This document shows, piece after piece, positions 9,455-17,824 of a DNA stretch of 64,000 bases. The position numbers were made by a program, and so were the translations under genes. The stretch lies in sequence record PQ015379.1; one strand, written 5' to 3'. Numbering within the stretch: the stretch's first letter is position 1; every line of letters starts with the position of its first letter. The notes below the pieces were generated by a model, which was not told the origin of the DNA, did not search any database, and saw only the letters and a list, made by a program, of their open reading frames with translations.

Positions 9455-10002
9455 AAACACGTGTGCTCTACAAAGACGGCTGCTACATCCCGCAGATGCG
9501 CCCGACCGCGTGGCCGTTCTGGTACAACATCACGGACGATATTTTCGAGCGTGAATCCGAAGAACTCGACTGCTACAACTACGATCTTAACCCCGACGAT
9601 GTGGCCGAAGGTTGTGCGCGTCGTCTGGTCGGGAACCAAAAGGATTTCGTGGGCGAAGTTTCGTATCGTTCGTGGAAACAACGCGTGCGCCAGTTCTTCA
9701 TGGGCGCACCCGGCCCTTGTGGTCCTATGGGTGCCATGGGTGCGCCGGGCCTCGACGGTCCACCGGGTTTTTCTCGCAGTGCACTCGACCTGCAATGTCC
9801 GAATCCGGATTGCGGAAAATTCGTGCGCGACGAACCGGTACAGGAACTGGTTTTCGATCTGAAAAACGGCAACGAATTCAGCCACACCTGCGCCGCCTGT
9901 AATCACGGCACCACGTGGCGCATCGTGGAAGGTTTGCCGATCCCTTATCCAATGCTGAAGGATGTGTGTGATGCAGCTTCTGGTGAATGGAAAGCTCCAT
10001 AA
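9451..10002 (+). CDS. hypothetical protein with short collagen-like repeat and C-terminal Zn ribbon
   Basis: GAPGPCGPMGAMGAPGLDGPPG; CPNPDC...CAAC. Confidence 0.75.
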   Translation: MKTRVLYKDGCYIPQMRPTAWPFWYNITDDIFERESEELDCYNYDLNPDDVAEGCARRLVGNQKDFVGEVSYRSWKQRVRQFFMGAPGPCGPMGAMGAPGLDGPPGFSRSALDLQCPNPDCGKFVRDEPVQELVFDLKNGNEFSHTCAACNHGTTWRIVEGLPIPYPMLKDVCDAASGEWKAP

Positions 10003-10699
10003 AACCTCGCTGGAAAGTCCGGGCATTGTCGTCGCGTTGAACGTGCTTCCGCTGAATAAAACTTTGGTGGAAGCCGCGACCCTGCGCTACGTGCAAAACG
10101 TGCTGCGTGAAGGTTTCAATGGCCACATAAATTCGGTACACCACCAGAAACTGGTGGCTACGCTGGAACCAATCGGCGGCTTAGCCAAAGTTGAATTCGA
10201 TCAAAAGTTGGAGTTTCCCGGCCTGATTGCAGCTAACGCCGGGCCATTGAACTGGAAGTACGAATGCCGCACCGACCTACTGGGCATCATGATCGACGAA
10301 TTCATCAAACGTCGGGTGTTCGACTGCGTGCAGCGTTCCGTGTTCATCGACAAGTTTGAACACGAAACCATTTTCAACGTGAGGCAGCAGACGGCCCAGC
10401 GCATCGAACACGTGGCCGAAACACTGCGTCGTATCATGGAATTGATCGCAGGTGCCAAGTGCCATTTCAACCCCGGTGAAGTTGACGAAAACGGCAACGT
10501 GAATCTGTTCTATGGGTTCAAGTACAGCGACGTTACTGCGTACGGTTCCGGTCCGCATTGGCGTGGCAAGATCACCGAACGGGAGACGTGGAACAACTGG
10601 ATGAAATTGAACTTTATCCGGCACGAAATCTACGGAAGGCCCGTGACCGATATCCAGCGTTTGGAAGCGGCACAGCAATGGCTGCCTGACCTGAAATAA
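9971..10699 (+). CDS. hypothetical protein
   Basis: Long ORF with coding bias; start uncertain. Confidence 0.7.
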   Translation: MQLLVNGKLHKTSLESPGIVVALNVLPLNKTLVEAATLRYVQNVLREGFNGHINSVHHQKLVATLEPIGGLAKVEFDQKLEFPGLIAANAGPLNWKYECRTDLLGIMIDEFIKRRVFDCVQRSVFIDKFEHETIFNVRQQTAQRIEHVAETLRRIMELIAGAKCHFNPGEVDENGNVNLFYGFKYSDVTAYGSGPHWRGKITERETWNNWMKLNFIRHEIYGRPVTDIQRLEAAQQWLPDLK

Positions 10700-10716
10700 T
10701 TGATCGGCGTAATTTA

Positions 10717-10751
10717 GATATAGCATCTTACAAAAGGAGAAATGCTATGTC
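10717..10751 (+). promoter_or_regulatory. hairpin occluding RBS/start codon of the lysozyme-like gene
   Basis: GATATAGCAT (10717-26) pairs with ATGCTATGTC (10742-51), which contains the ATG. Confidence 0.55.
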
Positions 10752-11352
10752 TGTACGTCGTGAAATTACCGGGAGCATTTCCGGTAAGTACGAATCCGGT
10801 GGCCTCGGGGTAAAAACCGTTTCGACCGGTAAAGGTGACAAAGGCGGTGTGAGCTACGGCAAACACCAACTGGCTTCCAACACCGGCACCATGGCAGCGT
10901 TCCTGAAATCGTCGTTCGGTCGCCCTTATGTGGCCCGCTTCGGTTCTACGGTTCCGGGCACCAAAGAGTTCACCGCGATTTACAAAAAGATTGCGGACGA
11001 ATCGCCGGAAGAATTCGAAGTCGCGCAATTCATGTACATCGGCCAAACCCACTACGACCCGCAGGCCGCCAAACTGGCTGCCAGCTACATTTTCGTAGAT
11101 GATCGCCACGTCGCGGTGCGTGAATGCGTGTTCAGCGTTTCGGTTCAGTACGGCCCGAATACCAGCTTCATCATCAAGGCGCTGGGGCCGAACTTCAAAG
11201 GCACTGATCGGGAATTCATCGAGAAAGTGCAAAACTATCGCGCCTCTTCGGTAGGCGTCTATTTCAAATCCAGCAGCAAAGCTACTCAAGATGGCGTGGC
11301 CAAACGCGCCGCCAACGAGAAAAAAGATTTGCTGGATTTGCTCAACACTTAA
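10747..11352 (+). CDS. lysozyme-like peptidoglycan hydrolase (putative endolysin; related to VgrG-associated muramidase-type domains)
   Basis: SGKYESGG.G..TVSTG.GD.GGVSYG.HQLAS motif; strong RBS AAGGAG. Confidence 0.75.
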   Translation: MSVRREITGSISGKYESGGLGVKTVSTGKGDKGGVSYGKHQLASNTGTMAAFLKSSFGRPYVARFGSTVPGTKEFTAIYKKIADESPEEFEVAQFMYIGQTHYDPQAAKLAASYIFVDDRHVAVRECVFSVSVQYGPNTSFIIKALGPNFKGTDREFIEKVQNYRASSVGVYFKSSSKATQDGVAKRAANEKKDLLDLLNT

Positions 11353-11362
11353 AGGACGATCC

Positions 11363-11758
11363 ATGACTGACCACGCTTTGCCCTTCGACGTTGACGACGA
11401 ACCCGTTCCCAAACCGTACCGCTACAAATTCGGTGCGACGACCGTGGAATGGGCCGACGATGATGTGATTGCATTCCACGCTTCGGTTAAATACGTCGAG
11501 GTGGTTTTGCGTGGTGAACAAAGGCGCCCATTGCTCGAAGATCCGTTGAAAGCCTTGATTGACGATCCGCGTTATTCGAATGATTTCATTCAAGTGCATC
11601 GGGCCACCGTTGTGCGTTTGAGCGAGATTAAAGCGCTGCGCCGGATCACCAAAAATGGCTGCTTCGAAGTCGAGTTGCATTGCGGCCTGACGTTCGCTGT
11701 GTCGCGCCGCTGCATGGCCCCGGCACGCCGGGCGCTGGCCGCTCTAGCACCGGCTTGA
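11363..11758 (+). CDS. stand-alone LytTR DNA-binding domain protein (AlgR-like)
   Basis: F.A..KYV...LL.DPLKAL...FIQVHRATVV...VSRR; no receiver domain. Confidence 0.85.
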   Translation: MTDHALPFDVDDEPVPKPYRYKFGATTVEWADDDVIAFHASVKYVEVVLRGEQRRPLLEDPLKALIDDPRYSNDFIQVHRATVVRLSEIKALRRITKNGCFEVELHCGLTFAVSRRCMAPARRALAALAPA

Positions 11759-11838
11759 CCGCTGTTCCTCAAGGTGGCATACTCGGCGGGTGGGCATCTG
11801 CTGCCCGCTGTTTTAACACTCACGAAATATGGGAAGTT
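11755..11838 (+). promoter_or_regulatory. sigma70-type promoter + hairpin + conserved leader motif (copy 1)
   Basis: TTGACC-17-CATACT; CACTCACGAAATATGGGAAGTT at 11817-11838. Confidence 0.8.
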
Positions 11839-11842
11839 TTCC

Positions 11843-12040
11843 ATGAGTTGGGGTTTGTTTGCTGCAAAGGCAGGCGCTGTATTAATCGACGGGTTTTCCG
11901 CCGCAGTGCTTCGCAAAATGCCGGACGGTTCTACGCAGGAAGTTGTGCTCGAAACAGACAACGATCTGGATTACCTTCGGCAAGTCCGCGACGAATATCA
12001 AATGCAAGACGATGATATCGCCGTTTACGTGAAACCTTGA
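11843..12040 (+). CDS. small early protein
   Basis: ATG 4 nt after leader motif. Confidence 0.7.
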   Translation: MSWGLFAAKAGAVLIDGFSAAVLRKMPDGSTQEVVLETDNDLDYLRQVRDEYQMQDDDIAVYVKP

Positions 12041-12051
12041 GGGTTCCAATC

Positions 12052-12423
12052 ATGAGCACCGAAAACACCGAACGCCGTCCAAACGTTCTGTTGAGCTACG
12101 AACGCATTCCGGACAGCATCGACTTTTATTTCATCCCGGCCAATTCGCCGGTCCCGTTGACGCTGCTGCATGCGATTCTGCGTCTCGACCAAGTTTTCAT
12201 TAACCACATCGGCAAATCGCCGGATGGTGAACGTGGCGAAAAAGACGCTGCCTATTTGCAGGCTGCACTGGCCCGCGATACCAGCGACCTCGACGCGAAA
12301 AACGAACACGGTGAAAATCGTTTCTTTGCCGTGCTCGAAGATTACCGCCTGAACCCCGATGAACCAGCGGCTATCCAAGTTGACGGCCAGCTGAAAATCA
12401 TCCGTACCGGCTTCATCCTGTAA
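12052..12423 (+). CDS. hypothetical protein
   Basis: RBS GAGGG. Confidence 0.75.
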   Translation: MSTENTERRPNVLLSYERIPDSIDFYFIPANSPVPLTLLHAILRLDQVFINHIGKSPDGERGEKDAAYLQAALARDTSDLDAKNEHGENRFFAVLEDYRLNPDEPAAIQVDGQLKIIRTGFIL

Positions 12424-12516
12424 AACTGTAAACACTACAGAGCAAGACACTAGGCGTTGGTGTGCTGGCCGCTTACGCCCGGTGAACCTTTAATGTCCAG
12501 CAAAGGAAATATCGCA

Positions 12517-12966
12517 ATGACCAAATTTGATCGCGCCGACCACGACAAAATCCAAGCCGCTGTTTTCGACCTGACCCGCGAAACCATCGATGCTGGTAAA
12601 GACCGCGCTGTGTTTCATATCAGCCATTTGTTTCAGGCGCTGAAGTTCTCTCGTATGTCGCGCAACGCTTTCCCCGCTGCGTTGATGGATGTTCCGTCTG
12701 GCACCGACTTCTGCAAAATGTTCGGTGACTGGATCATCGCGGAAGTGGGCGACGACCAGTACGTGCTGATCAAACTGGGCGAACGCGAAAATCCGTGGTA
12801 CGACGCCGAAGAGTTCTACAAAAAGAACTACCGTGTCGCGGCCCCGGTTCGCAAAAAGCCCAACGTGGTTAAAATCGATCTGCCGGAAGGCATGACCCCG
12901 GAACAAGCGCGTGAAGCTGTTCGCGTTGCGGGCGTTTACAACCAGCAGGCGAAAGCCCAGCAGTAA
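12517..12966 (+). CDS. hypothetical protein
   Basis: RBS AAAGGA before MTKFDR. Confidence 0.75.
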   Translation: MTKFDRADHDKIQAAVFDLTRETIDAGKDRAVFHISHLFQALKFSRMSRNAFPAALMDVPSGTDFCKMFGDWIIAEVGDDQYVLIKLGERENPWYDAEEFYKKNYRVAAPVRKKPNVVKIDLPEGMTPEQAREAVRVAGVYNQQAKAQQ

Positions 12967-12974
12967 GAAAAAGG

Positions 12975-13001
12975 AAGCCCCGGCCAACGCTGGGGCTTTT
13001 T
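12975..13001 (+). terminator. intrinsic terminator
   Basis: AAGCCCC...GGGGCTTTTT. Confidence 0.7.
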
Positions 13002-13027
13002 CGTATCTGGCTAAAGGAAATTTGGCA

Positions 13028-13543
13028 ATGAAGCTCGACGGTCGCAAACTTCAAAAATGGCGCATGCGCCTTGGCATCAAGCAACTGGATTTGGCACAGT
13101 ACCTGTGCATTGATCAGCGCGATTTGAACAGGATCGAAAATCGCATGCCGGTGCCGCGTGCGTGGGAATTGCGCGAACACATTCAAGAGGCCCTGACGCA
13201 TTTGCAGGATACGCCGCTTTATGACCTGCATGTGGAAGCGGTGCGCATGGCGAAAAACACCGAAGGCTTTTTGGCCGTCATGCAGGTAATGACCAAGCAC
13301 GACACAACGACCGGCTTTTATGTGGACAAGCGCGAACAGGCGCGGGCGTTCGTTCGCATTGTGGATGCACTGCGTTTTGAAAAAGGCGCGCTGCCCCACG
13401 AAACGTTGCTGCTGGTCAAATTCGAAAAGGGGCCGCACCTGCAAATCTACGCCAACCCGATGCGCGTTGTGCAGCACGTTGAAACCTTTTACGTGCAAGG
13501 GCGAAAGGTTGCGAGCGTGGAGCGTCGAATAGAGGCCGCATGA
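13028..13543 (+). CDS. XRE/Cro-type HTH protein
   Basis: LQKWRMRLGIKQLDLAQYLCIDQRDLNRIEN. Confidence 0.75.
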   Translation: MKLDGRKLQKWRMRLGIKQLDLAQYLCIDQRDLNRIENRMPVPRAWELREHIQEALTHLQDTPLYDLHVEAVRMAKNTEGFLAVMQVMTKHDTTTGFYVDKREQARAFVRIVDALRFEKGALPHETLLLVKFEKGPHLQIYANPMRVVQHVETFYVQGRKVASVERRIEAA

Positions 13544-14031
13544 ATTTATTCGTGACCGGGCCTTCGCCAACGTTGTGTGCACGTGCCCATTGTGACGTGC
13601 ACCTAATCAAGATGGCGACCGAGGCCGCGCAGCTTTTATCAACCACGCATCATCTGACGGGCCGTGCAATTGGTTACGCGCCAACGCATCCCAATCACCC
13701 GTGCGCAATCTGGATCAGGGAATCGGCGGCAAATTATGAATGGGCGTACCTTTTGTATCGCTGCCTTTTGACTGAGTACGAATTTCGATTCGGCAAGCAA
13801 CACGGGGCAGGCCGTTTCAAACACGAACTGCGCCGCCTGCCAAATCTGCCACGGATCGACCGCACCCCGTGGGCGCAATGTGTGGCCCCGGAGTTCCAAC
13901 AGGCTGACACTTTCGCCGCGTACCGCCTGCACATCCGGGCCAAGCTTTTGGAATGGCCCCGCAGACCGCGCCCAGTGCGCACCACGTTTACGAAACGCGT
14001 TCCCCCGTCGTTTCTCTCCGACCTGCCCTAA
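13540..14031 (+). CDS. pyrimidine dimer DNA glycosylase family protein
   Basis: MNLFV...CARAHCDVHLIKM..E.AQLLST...Y.PTHPNHPC..W.RES..NY.W. Confidence 0.85.
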   Translation: MNLFVTGPSPTLCARAHCDVHLIKMATEAAQLLSTTHHLTGRAIGYAPTHPNHPCAIWIRESAANYEWAYLLYRCLLTEYEFRFGKQHGAGRFKHELRRLPNLPRIDRTPWAQCVAPEFQQADTFAAYRLHIRAKLLEWPRRPRPVRTTFTKRVPPSFLSDLP

Positions 14032-14056
14032 AGCCCGCCCCGTGCGGGCTTTGTCG
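14030..14056 (+). terminator. hairpin/terminator, variant of the 36-bp repeat
   Basis: AAAGCCCGC-CCCGT-GCGGGCTTTGTCG. Confidence 0.65.
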
Positions 14057-14120
14057 TTTCTGGCGCCTGCACTTCCTTTACGCGTGCGCGTGGGCGCCTA
14101 GATGGCGTGCATTGTGCCCG

Positions 14121-14207
14121 TTGACTGTTTCGGGGCCGTTTGATACCTTTGGGGTCACTCGGGCTTCTGCTGCCCGCTAAACAGACACTCACGCAATTAG
14201 GGAAGTT
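14121..14207 (+). promoter_or_regulatory. sigma70-type promoter + hairpin + conserved leader motif (copy 2)
   Basis: TTGACT-17-TACCTT; CACTCACGCAATTAGGGAAGTT at 14186-14207. Confidence 0.85.
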
Positions 14208-14212
14208 TGAAG

Positions 14213-14440
14213 ATGGCCCTTCACGCACAGCAAATCCTGCAACGCCAAACCAACAGCAAAGGCGTTACCTACTCGCTTCAAATCGACAACGGTTCGCTGG
14301 CAAACAAAGAAGCACCGTACGGCGTTTGGAAGCTGTGCGTTAACTATGTACGCGGCAAGGACGTAAAGACTTGGCGCTACATCGAAACCGGCCTGACCCT
14401 TGAAGCCGCCCAAAAACTTTTTGACCGTCGTTCGAAATAA
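14213..14440 (+). CDS. small early protein
   Basis: ATG 5 nt after leader motif. Confidence 0.75.
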   Translation: MALHAQQILQRQTNSKGVTYSLQIDNGSLANKEAPYGVWKLCVNYVRGKDVKTWRYIETGLTLEAAQKLFDRRSK

Positions 14441-14451
14441 GGAACCTGACA

Positions 14452-14619
14452 ATGACCCGCATCGGCAATTTCAAAACCGCTAAGCACTCTTATGAAGCCA
14501 CCGTCGAGAAAAACGGCCAGCGCTTCAAAATCACGATTGACGCGAACACTCGCGCATCTGCTGGCAAGCTGGCCCGTGACAACGGTTATTCGGTCTGCGA
14601 CATGAACATGGTGGGCTAA
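14452..14619 (+). CDS. small protein (55 aa, below ORF-track cutoff)
   Basis: RBS AAGGA; MTRIGNFK...MNMVG*. Confidence 0.7.
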   Translation: MTRIGNFKTAKHSYEATVEKNGQRFKITIDANTRASAGKLARDNGYSVCDMNMVG

Positions 14620-14622
14620 TCC

Positions 14623-14817
14623 ATGGCACACATCATTCAAGCCCGCGCAATGATCGTTGACTATGCGGACGGCAGCAGCGCGCCGTTTGGTTCGCTGGAA
14701 AACAAAGTGGTGGAAAAGGACGGCGACGTTTACACCGTTTACGACACGCGGGGCGGTCGCCCTGCTTTCCACTATCAGGTCGGCGTAAACAACGTGACCG
14801 CAATCAATTTCGAGTGA
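14623..14817 (+). CDS. hypothetical protein
   Basis: Tiles. Confidence 0.7.
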   Translation: MAHIIQARAMIVDYADGSSAPFGSLENKVVEKDGDVYTVYDTRGGRPAFHYQVGVNNVTAINFE

Positions 14818-14827
14818 GGGACAAAAA

Positions 14828-15244
14828 ATGGACTACGAATTCCGCCAGCACGAATTGGGCACCGACGCAGACGACGAACGTTACGCGCAGTGGCTTGCGA
14901 CCGTGGGTAAAAAGCTGGGCCGCGACATTGTGCAGGGCAGCGATCTGGAAAGCGACCTGTTCGATTACTACTCGGACGGCTGCCAACCGGACGAAGCTGT
15001 GGCCGAAGTGCTGACGCTAGAAGAAATCCAGCGCAACAAATCGCCTGACACGTGCAAACACGTTCTGGAATATTTCAGCGACAAACGTCTGCGCCTGAAG
15101 CGTGACGAAAAGCTAAATCGGTTGGTGTGGAGCCTTGAAGGCACGACGCACCAGCGTGTGACCGAAGCGAATCACCTCGACCATTGGTCGCTGTTCAACT
15201 GGATTCAGAAAGGCCGTGAATTCTTGGCCGACTCGAAAAACTGA
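14828..15244 (+). CDS. hypothetical protein, acidic N-half
   Basis: RBS GAGGG. Confidence 0.75.
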   Translation: MDYEFRQHELGTDADDERYAQWLATVGKKLGRDIVQGSDLESDLFDYYSDGCQPDEAVAEVLTLEEIQRNKSPDTCKHVLEYFSDKRLRLKRDEKLNRLVWSLEGTTHQRVTEANHLDHWSLFNWIQKGREFLADSKN

Positions 15245-15248
15245 CACA

Positions 15249-15284
15249 CAAACAACCCCGCCCCGTGCGGGGTTTGTCGGTAGT
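15249..15284 (+). repeat. 36-bp intergenic repeat (hairpin), copy A
   Basis: CAAACAACCCCGCCCCGTGCGGGGTTTGTCGGTAGT identical to 17274-17309. Confidence 0.9.
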
Positions 15285-15318
15285 AAACCAAACTGACCTT
15301 TACCAAGGAATCGCCAGC

Positions 15319-15837
15319 ATGGCCAAGAAAGCCCAAGACAAAAAAGCACTGAACGACAAAATCAAATTCGTTAACTGGACCATCGAGCCGCTGGGCGTGC
15401 AGATTACCGCCATGGGGCGCGGCTGGGGTTTCACGCATGCGGGCCTTTATCGTGGCCTGTCGCGCTTCCTGAACAAACCCCTGATCGAAACACCTGACCT
15501 CGATCTGGTGGAATTCGCGAAGCTGGCAAAAGAAAGCATCCTGCAACAAATCGCGGACGACGCCGGGCCGCAGTACACGGTCGCCACTACCACGGTCGGC
15601 CAGAACTGGAACGACAGCGGAATGCGTCACCGCGTCGAATGCAGCGACGGTCGCGTTTCTGGTTGGGCGCGTTACGAACAGGTGGCGTACCTCGATAACG
15701 TCGCCAGCCTGACCCCGTATTTCGTCGGCGGTGAAAATGTCGTGACGCGTAGCATTTCCGAAGCCCTGACGTTTATAGCCGTGGGGCCGAACGATGACCA
15801 AAACGCGGAACCTGAAATTGAGGAAGCTGGCGAATGA
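15319..15837 (+). CDS. hypothetical protein
   Basis: RBS AAGGA before MAKKAQ. Confidence 0.75.
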   Translation: MAKKAQDKKALNDKIKFVNWTIEPLGVQITAMGRGWGFTHAGLYRGLSRFLNKPLIETPDLDLVEFAKLAKESILQQIADDAGPQYTVATTTVGQNWNDSGMRHRVECSDGRVSGWARYEQVAYLDNVASLTPYFVGGENVVTRSISEALTFIAVGPNDDQNAEPEIEEAGE

Positions 15838-16247
15838 GCATCGAGCGCAACATGAAAATATCGGACGTGAACAAACGTCTGAAAAAATCCGGGTTGAAAA
15901 TTGAACGCAGCAACGACGGCAGCCGTTGGTCGTGGTTTGTGTTCAACGGAAAAGAACGCGGGCGCAAAGTTTCGAGCCTGCTGGTAAACGACCTGTCGGT
16001 CGATTTGCTGGTCGATCTAGCAAAGCGTTTTGCTGCCCCGGTCTACGTGCCCCCTGTGCATCACGATGTACGGGGCCTAGTGATCGAAATTGGCGACGTG
16101 GTGGCCGTGGGGTACGACAACGGTTCTACGCTCACCTACGGCACCGTTACGGCCCTTTCCGAATACGTCTGGCTAAGCAAGGCAGGCGAGACTGGTGGAA
16201 CCCGCCGCGTTTCCAAGCGCGTGGCAATTTTGGAGAAAGCGAAATGA
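15834..16247 (+). CDS. hypothetical protein
   Basis: ATGA overlap; N-half resembles 26773-26988. Confidence 0.7.
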   Translation: MSIERNMKISDVNKRLKKSGLKIERSNDGSRWSWFVFNGKERGRKVSSLLVNDLSVDLLVDLAKRFAAPVYVPPVHHDVRGLVIEIGDVVAVGYDNGSTLTYGTVTALSEYVWLSKAGETGGTRRVSKRVAILEKAK

Positions 16248-16531
16248 GCAAGAAACCGAACAGCGTCCCATATTTCGAGTGGCGCGACCAGAAAATCGAA
16301 CCGGGTACACGTATTCGCATTCGTTCCCGCCACGGCTCGGAAGGGAAAGGCACGGTGACGGATATTTTGGTTTGGGTGAATGCGCCGGATACCATCTGCG
16401 CGGAAATGGACCCTGACACGGAATACGTGCCTGATTCGGCTATTCAAGCTGGCTGGGGCCGCGACCAAGAACGCATCGCCGACATTGGTTTGTTCGGCGG
16501 CGAGATTCAAGAAATCCTGAAAAAGAATTGA
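16244..16531 (+). CDS. hypothetical protein
   Basis: ATGA overlap, RBS GGAG. Confidence 0.7.
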   Translation: MSKKPNSVPYFEWRDQKIEPGTRIRIRSRHGSEGKGTVTDILVWVNAPDTICAEMDPDTEYVPDSAIQAGWGRDQERIADIGLFGGEIQEILKKN

Positions 16532-16539
16532 GGCCCAAA

Positions 16540-16668
16540 ATGGAAGAGCAGGAAATGGATATGGAACGTGAGGAAGATTGCCCGGCCTGCCGTGACGTGA
16601 CCGACGACGATCCGTTTTACGGCGAATGCTTGGCGTGCGGCGCACTCGACACGCGGGTGCCTGAATGA
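16540..16668 (+). CDS. tiny acidic Zn-ribbon protein (42 aa)
   Basis: CPAC...CLAC; RBS GAGG. Confidence 0.55.
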   Translation: MEEQEMDMEREEDCPACRDVTDDDPFYGECLACGALDTRVPE

Positions 16669-16856
16669 TCTGGCTGCGTCAATTGTTTTGCCGTCACGAT
16701 TTTAAATTGATCGCCCGCGAAGAAATGCTGTGGCCCGACGACGGCACGCTTACTGCCATCGACAAACGCCACCAGAAAATCGTGCACCACATCAAATACA
16801 CCACACACTGTCCACACTGCGACACGTGGCGAATCAAAAACGTCAAACAGGACTGA
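16665..16856 (+). CDS. small protein
   Basis: W.RQLFCRHDF...CPHC. Confidence 0.65.
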   Translation: MIWLRQLFCRHDFKLIAREEMLWPDDGTLTAIDKRHQKIVHHIKYTTHCPHCDTWRIKNVKQD

Positions 16857-16859
16857 CTT

Positions 16860-17270
16860 ATGCAAACTCTGATTTCCCAGTTGCCACAAATCAAGGCGCT
16901 GATTACCGGCAGACAAAACCGCGTCAAATCCCTGCTGGCCGATCCGGTTTTCGGCCTGAAGGTTTTCCGTGACACGGCGCGTTCCTATGTGCGCCTCGAA
17001 ATCCAGCAGTTCTGTTTTGTGCGCCACTCGATCACGATCCGCGCCGATGGTTCTGGTTTCACTATCACGGCCCCCGGCGAAAAAGCCCCGGACCCGCTCC
17101 ACGGCCCTGACGATTTCCGCGTGCTGCACCGCGCCCTTTACGAACTCGGCTACACCGACACACCGCCGACGCCTGAGCAGCAGCTAGCGAAGCTGTTTAG
17201 CACGGCCCGCAAGCAGAAACCAAACCGCAAGGGTGCCAGCCTTTCCCGCAGCAAGAAACGCCGCGCCTAG
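16860..17270 (+). CDS. hypothetical protein
   Basis: Tiles. Confidence 0.7.
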   Translation: MQTLISQLPQIKALITGRQNRVKSLLADPVFGLKVFRDTARSYVRLEIQQFCFVRHSITIRADGSGFTITAPGEKAPDPLHGPDDFRVLHRALYELGYTDTPPTPEQQLAKLFSTARKQKPNRKGASLSRSKKRRA

Positions 17271-17273
17271 ACC

Positions 17274-17309
17274 CAAACAACCCCGCCCCGTGCGGGGTTT
17301 GTCGGTAGT
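17274..17309 (+). repeat. 36-bp intergenic repeat (hairpin), copy B
   Basis: Identical to 15249-15284. Confidence 0.9.
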
Positions 17310-17331
17310 GAACTAATTTGAGGATCAACCA

Positions 17332-17814
17332 ATGTTTTTCGTCGCCGTGCTGTCTGAAACCCAACCAACCGCTGACCAAGTTTTGTGGCTGATCGCCCAC
17401 GACGACGAATTGCAGAAACGCATTTTCGAGTTCGGTGGCGAAACCTGCAACACCAAAATCGAACTGCGCTCTTCCGACAAATTCTCGGACCTGCGTTTTC
17501 GCCCGTACGTTGCGCAAGTGCGCCTGACGCACCAAGGGCAGGAATTCACCTACGACAAATTAAATGCCATCGTGATCATGAACCCCGAACATGGCACGGA
17601 ACGCCCGACCGAAGAAACCAAAGCCAAATTCCAGTTCCGCCAGACTGAAATCGAAGAGTCGATTAATCGGCTGGTGGCGGATTCGGAATGGAGCACGGTT
17701 CAACTGGGGCTGACCACTGGCGGTAATGCCATCTACCGTTTCCACGACATTGACGTGTCGGAATTTAACGACGCATTTGCCCGTGGCTCGCGTCAACACT
17801 TCACAGCCGTTTGA
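17332..17814 (+). CDS. hypothetical protein
   Basis: RBS GAGGA. Confidence 0.75.
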   Translation: MFFVAVLSETQPTADQVLWLIAHDDELQKRIFEFGGETCNTKIELRSSDKFSDLRFRPYVAQVRLTHQGQEFTYDKLNAIVIMNPEHGTERPTEETKAKFQFRQTEIEESINRLVADSEWSTVQLGLTTGGNAIYRFHDIDVSEFNDAFARGSRQHFTAV

Positions 17815-17824
17815 GGGAACAACA

